Part shown: one piece after another, positions 20,062 to 28,489 of the stretch
Numbering within the stretch: the stretch's first letter is position 1
Layout of the letters: every line of letters begins with the position of its first letter
NCBI GenBank assembly: GCA_963828165.1
Contig: CAWHDR010000001.1
Coordinates: 2,272,001 to 2,336,000 of the forward strand
Reading direction: 5' to 3'
Origin: an uncultured Chloroflexia bacterium
GTDB lineage: Bacteria; Chloroflexota; Limnocylindria; Limnocylindrales; CSP1-4
Length of the DNA: 64,000 nt
Program-made: the position numbers and the translations under genes
Notes under the pieces: model-generated
Told to the model about the DNA's origin: nothing
Database searches by the model: none
Seen by the model: only the letters and a program-made list of their open reading frames with translations

Positions 20062-20661
20062 TCAGGAATCGGCCGGGGACAGATCCGCGTAGGTCGGCGC
20101 GGGCAGGATGCCGAAGGTGTCCAGCGGCCAGTAGCGCAGCCATGCGCGCCCGATGACCTGGTCGACCTCGACCGGTCCGAACGTTCGTGAGTCGGCCGAA
20201 TTGGAGCGGTGGTCACCCATGAGGAAGACCTCGTTCTCCGCGATCGTCCATTTGGCCTGCTCGAGCGGAGCGGTCGTGGGCTGCGACGGCCCGCCGTCCT
20301 CGTCAGCGTAGATATACGGCTCCTCGAGCGCGACATCGTCGATGTAGACCAGCCCATCGTCGCGGATCTCGACCGTGTCGCCCGCCTCGCCGATCACGCG
20401 CTTGATGAAGGGCGTGCCGTTGTCGCCCCAGTCCTCGGGTGGGGTGAACACCACGATGTCGCCGCGCTTGTACGTGTTGAACCTGGGCGTGAGCTTGTCC
20501 ACCAGCACGTACTGCTCAGGCTCCAGGGTCCGCTCCATCGACTGTTGCTGGACCTTGTACGGCTGTGCGACGAAATTCTGGATCACGACGAAGATGATGA
20601 GAGTCAGCACGAGGGTCTCGACGATCTCGAAGAGACACCCGAGTGCGGGTCGTTTGGTCAC
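20062..20661 (-). CDS. lepB: Signal peptidase I
   Basis: SMERTL (Ser), RGDIVVF, FIKRVIG (Lys), GDHRSNSADSR. Confidence 0.95.
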   Translation of the reverse strand: MTKRPALGCLFEIVETLVLTLIIFVVIQNFVAQPYKVQQQSMERTLEPEQYVLVDKLTPRFNTYKRGDIVVFTPPEDWGDNGTPFIKRVIGEAGDTVEIRDDGLVYIDDVALEEPYIYADEDGGPSQPTTAPLEQAKWTIAENEVFLMGDHRSNSADSRTFGPVEVDQVIGRAWLRYWPLDTFGILPAPTYADLSPADS

Positions 20662-20752
20662 AGGTCCGGCAGTATAGGGGCCGCCGCCTGCGGCCGCCGG
20701 GATGGGTCCGGAAGGCCATCGACCAGGATGCATAACCTCGCGACGGGCGAGT

Positions 20753-20782
20753 TTGACCCGCTGAAGAACGCCTTGTTACACT
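20753..20782 (+). promoter_or_regulatory. Sigma70-type promoter for hppA
   Basis: TTGACC-18-TACACT with TGn extension. Confidence 0.5.
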
Positions 20783-20929
20783 CGCCGCCGGCCTGCAAGG
20801 TCCCAGCCCACGGTGCATACCGTCGGGGCCTGCCGGCAGCATCCCGGACACCCGCCCGCGACGGCGCACGCGCACGCGCCACGGGACGGACGCCGGACCT
20901 GACCGACCTGGAGGACCCGACAGACCCTG

Positions 20930-23137
20930 ATGGATGCGACCACGCTCCAATTGATCATCCTGCCGGCGGGCATCATCGCCGTGCTGTTTGCCATCTACCT
21001 GGCCCGCGACGTCCTGTCGCGCGACACCGGCACCCCGGAGATGGAGGCCGTGGCCGGCACGATCTTCGAGGGCGCCGTGGCGTTCATCCGTCGCCAGTAC
21101 ACGACGATCGGCATCCTCGCCGTGGTCGGGGCGGTGGTGATCGGCGCGGTCATCACCGTCTTCGAAGGCCCGGACGTGGCCGATACCGCCATCTTCGGCC
21201 TTGACCTCGGCTGGCGCACCGCTCTCGCATTCATCGTCGGAGCCGCGTGCTCGATGGCCTCGGGCATCATCGGCATGTACATCAGCGTCAAGGCCAACGT
21301 CCGGACGGCGGCGGCCGCGCGGCGGAGCCTGGTCGAGGCGGTCCAGGTCGCGATGCGCGGCGGAGCCGTCTCCGGCTTCCTCGTCGTCTCGCTGTCGCTG
21401 CTGGGCGTGTACGGGATCTTCACCCTCTTCGGCGGCCTCGAGGGTGGCCAGGCCACCCACGACGCGCCGTTCCTCATCGTCGGCTTCGGCTTTGGTGCCT
21501 CGTTCGTGGCCCTCTTCGCCCAGCTCGGCGGCGGCATCTACACGAAGGCCGCCGACGTCGGCTCCGACCTCGTCGGCAAGGTCGAGAAGGGCATCCCCGA
21601 GGATGACCCCCGAAACGCGGGTGTCGTCGCGGACCTCGTCGGCGACAACGTCGGCGACTGCGCCGGCCGCGGCGCGGACCTGTTCGAATCGACCGCCGCC
21701 GAGAACATCGGCGCGATGATCCTGGGCGTCGGCGTCTTCACGATCGCCACGGCGGCGGGCTGGCCGAATCCGGCGGCCTGGATCTTCTTCCCGCTCGTCG
21801 TCCGCGCGTTCGGGCTCCTCTCGACGATCGTCGCGATCTTCTTCATCCGCGGTCGCGAAGACGAGAACCCGATGAACATCCTGAACCGCGGCTACTGGGT
21901 CACGACGATCCTGTCGGTCGTGGCGCTCCTGGTCACGACGAACGTGATGCTCCAGACGAACGGCAACGCCCCGTCAGGGATCCCCGTCTGGCTGTACTTC
22001 TTCGGAGCCGGCGTGGTGGGCCTTGCGACCAGCGTCGCCTTCGTCTACATCACCCAGTACTACACGGCGGGCTCGTTCCGCCCCGTCCGCGAGATCGCGG
22101 AGGCGTCCAAGACCGGTCCCGCGACGAACATCATCTCGGGTACGGCGGTCGGTTTCGAGACGACCTTTGTGACGGCCATCACCATCGGCATCGCGCTCTT
22201 CGCCAGCCACTGGCTGGGGACGCAGGCCGGCATCGTGAACGACGCCGGTCGCGATGTCGGCGGCATCTTCGGGACCGCTGTGGCCACCATGGCGATGCTC
22301 ATGACGACGGCCTACATCCTGGCGATGGACACGTTCGGACCGATCACCGACAACGCCGGTGGCATCGCCGAGTTCAGCCGCGCCGAGGCCGGGGCACGCG
22401 AGATCACCGATCGCCTGGACGCGGTCGGCAACACGACCAAGGCGCTGACGAAGGGCTACGCGATCGCGTCGGCCTCGCTGGCCGCCTTCCTGCTGTTCTC
22501 CGCCTACATCGACAAGGTCAACCTGATCCAGACGAACCGCGGTGGCGAGCTGCTCACGTCGGTCGACATGGCCAAGGTCGAGGTGTTCATCGCCGCCTTG
22601 ATCGGCGCGATGCTCGTGTACTTCTTCAGCTCGCTCGCGATCCGCGCCGTCGGGACGACGGCCCAGGCGATCATCGTCGAGGTTCGTCGCCAGTTCCGGG
22701 AGATGCCCGGGATCATGGACTACACCCAGCGCCCGGACTACGCGCGCGTCGTCGACATCACGACCAAGGCCGCCCTGCGCGAGATGATCGCCCCGGGCGT
22801 CGTTGCCGTGGCCACCCCGATCATCGTGGGGCTGCTGCTTGGCGCGGAGGCCGTCGCAGGCATGCTGATGGTCGGCACGATCGCAGGCGTCATGCTCGCC
22901 ACCGTCCTCAACAACGGCGGCGGGGCGTGGGACAACGCCAAGAAGTACATCGAGTCCGGGCATCTCAAGGACGACCAGGGCAACGTGCTCGGCAAGGGAT
23001 CTGACGCCCATGCCGCGGCCGTCGTGGGTGACACGGTCGGCGACCCGTTCAAGGACACCGCCGGTCCGTCGCTCCACGTCCTTGTGAAGCTCCTCGCGAC
23101 GATCACGCTCGTTCTCGCACCGCTGTTCATCCGGTAG
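20930..23137 (+). CDS. hppA: Membrane-bound H+-translocating pyrophosphatase, K+-independent signature
   Basis: GGGIYTKAADVGSDLVGKVE, DNVGD, GNTTKA, GDTVGDPFKDTAGP. Confidence 0.95.
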   Translation: MDATTLQLIILPAGIIAVLFAIYLARDVLSRDTGTPEMEAVAGTIFEGAVAFIRRQYTTIGILAVVGAVVIGAVITVFEGPDVADTAIFGLDLGWRTALAFIVGAACSMASGIIGMYISVKANVRTAAAARRSLVEAVQVAMRGGAVSGFLVVSLSLLGVYGIFTLFGGLEGGQATHDAPFLIVGFGFGASFVALFAQLGGGIYTKAADVGSDLVGKVEKGIPEDDPRNAGVVADLVGDNVGDCAGRGADLFESTAAENIGAMILGVGVFTIATAAGWPNPAAWIFFPLVVRAFGLLSTIVAIFFIRGREDENPMNILNRGYWVTTILSVVALLVTTNVMLQTNGNAPSGIPVWLYFFGAGVVGLATSVAFVYITQYYTAGSFRPVREIAEASKTGPATNIISGTAVGFETTFVTAITIGIALFASHWLGTQAGIVNDAGRDVGGIFGTAVATMAMLMTTAYILAMDTFGPITDNAGGIAEFSRAEAGAREITDRLDAVGNTTKALTKGYAIASASLAAFLLFSAYIDKVNLIQTNRGGELLTSVDMAKVEVFIAALIGAMLVYFFSSLAIRAVGTTAQAIIVEVRRQFREMPGIMDYTQRPDYARVVDITTKAALREMIAPGVVAVATPIIVGLLLGAEAVAGMLMVGTIAGVMLATVLNNGGGAWDNAKKYIESGHLKDDQGNVLGKGSDAHAAAVVGDTVGDPFKDTAGPSLHVLVKLLATITLVLAPLFIR

Positions 23138-23154
23138 GAGCGGCTGTCGCGCCT

Positions 23155-23252
23155 GACGGCCGATACGTGCGTTGCCCGCTCCGCTCCACGCTCACGCACC
23201 TTGACGTGCGCTCGCTCCGGTGCTCTCGGGCGCCTTCGCCTCGACCGCCATC
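23155..23252. repeat. Palindromic intergenic element, copy B
   Basis: GCGTTG(23169)-N14-CGCTCACGCACC-TTGAC-GTGCGCTCGCTCC...GCCTT. Confidence 0.75.
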
Positions 23253-23280
23253 CGCGACGAATGCAATCGGGGCCTGATCG

Positions 23281-24108
23281 ATGGAAACCATCCTTCAGGC
23301 ATTGGTGATGGGGATCGTGCAGGGACTCACCGAGTTCCTGCCGGTCTCTTCGTCCGGACACCTCGTGCTCGTCCCATTCCTGTTCGGGTGGGACGACGAA
23401 TTCCTGAACTCGCTCGCGTTCAGCGTGATGCTGCACCTGGGCACGCTGGTGGCCCTGCTCGCCTACTTCCGGGAAGACTGGGCACGCCTGATCCCGGCCG
23501 GCTTGGCCGCCGTGCGGGACCGGTCCTTCCGGGGTGACGCGGATCGCCGGCTCGCCTGGCTGCTCGTCGCCTCCACCATCCCGGCCGCACTCGCCGGGCT
23601 CCTGTTCAACGACCTCATCGAGGATCAGTTCCGCGAGGTCGGCCTGGTTGCCGTCATGCTCGTGGCCGGTGGCGTGATCCTGTTCGTCGCCGATCGGGTC
23701 GGGCGTCGGTCGCGTGCCATCGCCGATGTCACCTTCCCGGTCGCGATCGGGATCGGCGTCGCCCAGGCGCTGGCGCTGGTGCCGGGTATCAGCCGGTCGG
23801 GCATCTCGATCTCGGCGGGTCGCCTGGCCGGCCTGGACCGCGAGGCTGCCGCGAGGTTCGCATTCCTCATGGCGACCCCGATCACGGCCGGGGCCATCAT
23901 CTTCGAGGCCCGAAGGCTCTTGACCGGCGAAGCTGGTGTCGCCGTTTCGGTCGAGCCCCTCCTCGTCGGGATGCTCGCGGCGCTCGTGTCGGGCCTCGCG
24001 GCGATCCACTTCATGCTGCGCTACCTGCGGACGCGATCGCTCGATATCTTCGTCTGGTACCGGTTCGGGCTGGCGGTGGTCGTCCTCGTCGTCTGGCTGG
24101 CGCGATAG
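23281..24108 (+). CDS. uppP: Undecaprenyl-diphosphate phosphatase
   Basis: GIVQGLTEFLPVSSSGHL, HLGT, PGISRSG. Confidence 0.96.
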   Translation: METILQALVMGIVQGLTEFLPVSSSGHLVLVPFLFGWDDEFLNSLAFSVMLHLGTLVALLAYFREDWARLIPAGLAAVRDRSFRGDADRRLAWLLVASTIPAALAGLLFNDLIEDQFREVGLVAVMLVAGGVILFVADRVGRRSRAIADVTFPVAIGIGVAQALALVPGISRSGISISAGRLAGLDREAAARFAFLMATPITAGAIIFEARRLLTGEAGVAVSVEPLLVGMLAALVSGLAAIHFMLRYLRTRSLDIFVWYRFGLAVVVLVVWLAR

Positions 24109-24123
24109 CGCGGCGGCCCGGAC

Positions 24124-24594
24124 ATGGAGGTCATGAAGCAGCTCCGCCAGCGGGCGATCCGCGATCTGGTCGACCTTCGACCGATCCGCACCCAGCAGGA
24201 GCTGGCCACCGCGTTGCGTGAGCGGGGTTTCCGCACGACCCAGGCCACGATCAGCCGCGACGTCGCCGAGCTCGGCCTCGTCAAGGTCACGCGCGAGGGG
24301 ACCGCGGCGTACGCGCTGCCGCCCCGGCTCATCGAGGCCGAGACCTCCGGAGAGGACCGCCTCCGCAAGCTGCTGTCCGACCTGCCGCTGGAGATCCACG
24401 AAGCCGGCCTGCTGCTGGTCCTGCGCACGCTCCCGGGTTCGGCCCATGCGATCGCCGCCGCGCTGGACCGGGCACGCTGGCCGGAGGTCGCGGGCTCCGT
24501 GGCGGGCGACGACACGCTCTTCGTCGCCCTGCCGGACCGCGGTTCGCTACAGCGCGTCAAGCGACGCCTGCTCCGCATGGCCAAGGAGACCTGA
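24124..24594 (+). CDS. argR: Arginine repressor
   Basis: TQQEL, TQATISRD, TLPGSA, GSVAGDDT. Confidence 0.95.
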   Translation: MEVMKQLRQRAIRDLVDLRPIRTQQELATALRERGFRTTQATISRDVAELGLVKVTREGTAAYALPPRLIEAETSGEDRLRKLLSDLPLEIHEAGLLLVLRTLPGSAHAIAAALDRARWPEVAGSVAGDDTLFVALPDRGSLQRVKRRLLRMAKET

Positions 24595-24621
24595 CCGGTG
24601 TCGGCGGGCGTCCACGCGGCT

Positions 24622-24650
24622 TTGACACCTCCTCCCGGCCCGTCTACCAT
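24622..24650 (+). promoter_or_regulatory. greA promoter
   Basis: TTGACA-17-TACCAT. Confidence 0.65.
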
Positions 24651-24662
24651 TCGCGTCCGGTC

Positions 24663-24715
24663 GGAACTTCAGGCGCGCGGCATCGGCCCGCGACCCGCCT
24701 GGAGTTCTTTCCTTT
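24663..24715 (+). terminator. Terminator-like hairpin in the greA 5' leader
   Basis: GGAACTTCAGGCG...CGCCTGGAGTTCT followed by TTCCTTT. Confidence 0.55.
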
Positions 24716-24779
24716 ATCACCAGACCGACGAGGGCCGCCAGCCCGTTCCGGCCCACCTGCTACGCGGGGTCTACCCACG

Positions 24780-25244
24780 ATGAACAACAAGCCCACCTAT
24801 CTTTCGAAGGATGGCCTCCAGAAGCTCCGTGCGGAGCTCGAGGACATGATCACCGTCAAGCGTCCCGAGGTCGCGGATCGGATCCACGACGCCAAGGAGC
24901 ACGGCGACCTGTCCGAGAATGCCGAGTACGAGGATGCCAAGAACGAGCAGGCGTTCGTCGAAGGCCGGATCCAGACGCTCGAGGCGCTGATCAAGAACGC
25001 CACGATCATCGACGAGAACCACTCCACCGACCACGTCCAGATCGGCTCGACGGTCAGCGTCGAGAGCGGCGATGGCAAGGAGACGTTCACGATCGTCGGC
25101 TCGACCGAGGCGAAGCCCGGCGAAGGGCGCATCTCCAACGAGAGCCCGGTCGGCCGCGCGCTCCTCGGCAAGAAGAAGGGCGAGAAGGTCGTCGTGAAGG
25201 TGCCCGCCGGCGACTTCACCTACAAGATCACGAGCATCAGCTAA
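24780..25244 (+). CDS. greA: Transcription elongation factor GreA
   Basis: HGDLSENAEY, ISNESPVGRALLG. Confidence 0.97.
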   Translation: MNNKPTYLSKDGLQKLRAELEDMITVKRPEVADRIHDAKEHGDLSENAEYEDAKNEQAFVEGRIQTLEALIKNATIIDENHSTDHVQIGSTVSVESGDGKETFTIVGSTEAKPGEGRISNESPVGRALLGKKKGEKVVVKVPAGDFTYKITSIS

Positions 25245-25261
25245 CACGTTCGGGAGACGCG

Positions 25262-26899
25262 GTGGATTGGGCTGACGAACTCGCGCAGCGGGTCCGGGAT
25301 GCCGGTCCGCAGGTCGTCAACGACTCCAAGACGCCGTCCGGCACCGTCCACGTCGGCAGCCTGCGCGGACCGGTCATCCTCGACACGATCGCGCGGGCCC
25401 TTCGCGCGAACGGGATCGAGACCACGTTGCTCTATGGCGTCGACGACCTCGATCCCATGGATGCCCAGGCCTTGCTGACACCGGACGCGGTCGAGACCGA
25501 GATGGGCCGACCGCTTGCCCACGTCCCGGACCAGGAGGACGACGGCCACGCCTCCTACGCCCGACACCACGCCCAGACGTTCATCGACACGTTCGCGGGA
25601 CTCGGCATCCACCCGGACCGCTACTACTGGATGAGCGACATCTACGCGACCGGAGAGCTGGACCCGTTCATCCGCACGGCGCTGGACAAGGCGGCTCTGG
25701 TGCGTGAGATCTACCGCCGCGTCGCGAACGTCCAGCACCCCGACACGTGGCACCCGATCGGCGTCATCTGCCCGACCTGCGGCAAGGTCGGCACCACGAT
25801 CGTGACGGACTGGAATGGCGAGCAGGTCCATTTCGAATGCCGCAAGGACCTCGTCACGTGGGCCCAGGGCTGTGGCACGAGCGGGTGGGTCTCACCCTTT
25901 GGTGGGGCCGCGAAGCTGCCCTGGAATCTCGAGTGGGCCGCCCAATGGTCGCTCCTCGGCGTCACCATCGAGCCGTGCGGCAAGGACCTCTCGACGGCCG
26001 GTGGCTCACGTGATCGGTCGGACGCGATCGCGCGCGAGGTGTTCGAGCGCGAGCCGCCGCTCAACGTCCCGTACGAGTTCCTCAACATCGGCGGCAAGAA
26101 GATGTCGACGTCAAAAGGGCGCGGCGCGGCCGCGCATTCGATCGCCGAGGTCGTCCCACCGGAGCAGCTCCGCTTCCTCTTCATGCGTCACCGCCCGAAC
26201 CACGCCATCGACTTCGACCCCGAGGGCACCGACCAGATCCCGCGCCTGTTCGACGAGTTCGACAAGTTCGCGGCGGCCGCGGCGGGGCGCGAGGTGAAAG
26301 GCGAGCTGCCGCCGGGCTACGAGGCGACCTTTCGGTACTCCCTGCTCGACCCGGACGCGGACGTCGCCGCCGAGGCGGCCGCCTTCCGGCCCGCGTTCGG
26401 CCACCTGGCCATGCTCATCCAGATCCCAGGCGTCGACATCGTCGCGCGCATCGAAGCGGAGAAGGGAAGCGCGCTGACCGACCGCGAGCGCGCGCTCCTC
26501 GACCAGCGCGCCGGGGCCGCGCGCGCCTGGCTGGAAACGTACGCGCCTGAATCGGCGAAGCTGGCCGTCCAGCACGAGGCCGTCCCGCCTGCAGCCGCCG
26601 ATCTGGACCGGGACCAGCGCGCGTTCCTCGCCCAGCTCGCCGAAGCGGCCGATCGGGATTCGCCCGCGAGCGGCGACGCCTGGCAGGCCTTGATCTTCGC
26701 CGTCGCGACCGAGCGTGACGTTCCGGGCCGCCGCGCCTTCGAGGCCATCTACCGTGCGTTCCTCGGCCGAACCAATGGCCCGCGCGCGGGCTGGCTCCTC
26801 GCCAGCCTCGACCCGGTGTTCGTGCGGGAACGCGCGCGCGAGGCCTCGGGCTGGACGGACGCCGGCGGACCACCCGGTCTGCTCCCGGTGGGCGGCTAG
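25262..26899 (+). CDS. lysS: Lysine--tRNA ligase, class I
   Basis: TPSGTVHVGSLR, CPTCGK, KLPWNLEWAAQW, EPCGKD, KMSTSKG, GPRAG. Confidence 0.93.
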   Translation: MDWADELAQRVRDAGPQVVNDSKTPSGTVHVGSLRGPVILDTIARALRANGIETTLLYGVDDLDPMDAQALLTPDAVETEMGRPLAHVPDQEDDGHASYARHHAQTFIDTFAGLGIHPDRYYWMSDIYATGELDPFIRTALDKAALVREIYRRVANVQHPDTWHPIGVICPTCGKVGTTIVTDWNGEQVHFECRKDLVTWAQGCGTSGWVSPFGGAAKLPWNLEWAAQWSLLGVTIEPCGKDLSTAGGSRDRSDAIAREVFEREPPLNVPYEFLNIGGKKMSTSKGRGAAAHSIAEVVPPEQLRFLFMRHRPNHAIDFDPEGTDQIPRLFDEFDKFAAAAAGREVKGELPPGYEATFRYSLLDPDADVAAEAAAFRPAFGHLAMLIQIPGVDIVARIEAEKGSALTDRERALLDQRAGAARAWLETYAPESAKLAVQHEAVPPAAADLDRDQRAFLAQLAEAADRDSPASGDAWQALIFAVATERDVPGRRAFEAIYRAFLGRTNGPRAGWLLASLDPVFVRERAREASGWTDAGGPPGLLPVGG

Positions 26900-26901
26900 C
26901 C

Positions 26902-28272
26902 ATGAGCGTCGGCCTGCAGCGACTCCGCGACGAACCGGACGTCATCCGACAGGGTGCCGTCGACAAAGGAGAGGACCCGGTCCTGATCGATCGCGCCCTC
27001 GAGCTCGACGGGGAACGGCGCCGCTTGCTCGGCGAGAGCGAGGGGCTCAAGGCAGAACGAAACGCCGCCTCCAAGCAAATCGGCGAGGCCATCAAGGGCG
27101 GAGCGAAGCCCGATGGCCCGGAGGTCGCGGAGCTCAAGGCTGCGTCCGTCGCGGCCGGCGAGCAAATCACCGCCCTCGACGCCAGCCTGGCCGAGATCGA
27201 GGCGGATCTCGACGACCAGCTGCTGCGCATCCCGAACCCAGCCGACCCGGACGTCCCCGTGGGCGGCGAGGACGCCAACGTCACCGTCCGGACCTGGGGG
27301 GAGCTGCTCGCCCACGACGAACCGGCCGAGGGCGAGGTCGGGGCGGACGCGCCCGCCGGCGGCGCGACGTGGACCCGAAGGCCCCACTGGGAGCTCGGCG
27401 AGGCGCTCGACATCATCGACAACGCGCGCGGTGCGAAGATCGCGGGATCCGGCTTCCCGGTCTACAAGGGAGCCGGTTCGGCGCTCCAGCGCGGGCTGAT
27501 CTCGTGGTTCCTCGACGTGCACACCCGCGAGAACGGGTTCACCGAGGTGTGGCCGCCTGCCGTCGTCAACACGGCCAGCGCCACGGGCACCGGCCAGATC
27601 CCGGACAAGGAAGACCAGATGTACGTCGTCACACGGGACGAGCTGTACCTGGTCCCGACCGCCGAGGTACCCGTCACGAACCTGCACCGCGACGAGATCC
27701 TGGACGCGTCCGAGCTGCCGATCCGATACGCCGCTTATTCTCCGTGCTTCCGCCGCGAGGCCGGTGCCGCCGGCAAGGACACCCGCGGGATCCTGCGCGT
27801 CCACCAGTTCGACAAGGTCGAGATGGTGCTGTTCGAGAAGCCCGACGACTCGCCAGCGGCGCTCGAGTGGATGACGGAGCGCGCCGAGATCCTGCTGCAG
27901 CGCCTCGGGCTCGCCTATCGTGTGCTGCTGATGAGCACCCGGGAGATGGGCTTCGTCCAGGCCAAGAAGTACGACCTGGAGGTCTGGGCACCCGGCGTCG
28001 AGCGTTGGCTGGAAGTCAGCTCGTGCTCGAACTTCCGCGACTACCAGGCGCGGCGCATGGCGATCCGCTACCGACCGGAGGCCGGCGCAAAGCCCGAGCT
28101 CGTGCACACGCTCAACGGCTCGGGTCTCGCGCTCGCCCGCATCGTGGCCGCGATCCTCGAGACATATCAGCGCCCGAATGGCTCGGTCACCGTCCCCGAC
28201 GTGCTGCGGCCGTACCTCGGTCGCGACGTCATCGAGCCGGCCGCGGTGAAGGGCTCACCCGCGGCCCGCTGA
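26902..28272 (+). CDS. serS: Serine--tRNA ligase
   Basis: LVPTAEVP, CFRREAG, RVHQFDKVE, EVSSCSN, HTLNGSGLA. Confidence 0.97.
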   Translation: MSVGLQRLRDEPDVIRQGAVDKGEDPVLIDRALELDGERRRLLGESEGLKAERNAASKQIGEAIKGGAKPDGPEVAELKAASVAAGEQITALDASLAEIEADLDDQLLRIPNPADPDVPVGGEDANVTVRTWGELLAHDEPAEGEVGADAPAGGATWTRRPHWELGEALDIIDNARGAKIAGSGFPVYKGAGSALQRGLISWFLDVHTRENGFTEVWPPAVVNTASATGTGQIPDKEDQMYVVTRDELYLVPTAEVPVTNLHRDEILDASELPIRYAAYSPCFRREAGAAGKDTRGILRVHQFDKVEMVLFEKPDDSPAALEWMTERAEILLQRLGLAYRVLLMSTREMGFVQAKKYDLEVWAPGVERWLEVSSCSNFRDYQARRMAIRYRPEAGAKPELVHTLNGSGLALARIVAAILETYQRPNGSVTVPDVLRPYLGRDVIEPAAVKGSPAAR

Positions 28273-28284
28273 TATCCTGACCGT

Positions 28285-28372
28285 GGAGAGGTGGCCGAGC
28301 GGTTGATGGCGGCGCTCTTGAAAAGCGCTGAGTCGAAAGACTTCGTGGGTTCGAATCCCACCCTCTCCGCCA
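28285..28372 (+). tRNA. tRNA-Ser(TGA)
   Basis: Acceptor GGAGAGG/CCTCTCC, anticodon stem GCGCT/AGCGC with loop CTTGAAA, long variable arm, GTTCGAATC, GCCA end. Confidence 0.96.
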
Positions 28373-28489
28373 CCCGGTCCTAACGTGCGCGGGCGTCGCC
28401 GAGGGCGGTGCGCCGACCGCAGGTCCCGCGCCCCACCCATGACCATCGGACGGTGTCCTCCGTACCGCACCGGACGGTACCGTCGGGAC

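Noticed and set aside
20785-20929. Riboswitch in the ~140-nt hppA leader
   Set aside because: Hairpins are present but I recognise no known aptamer consensus or expression platform
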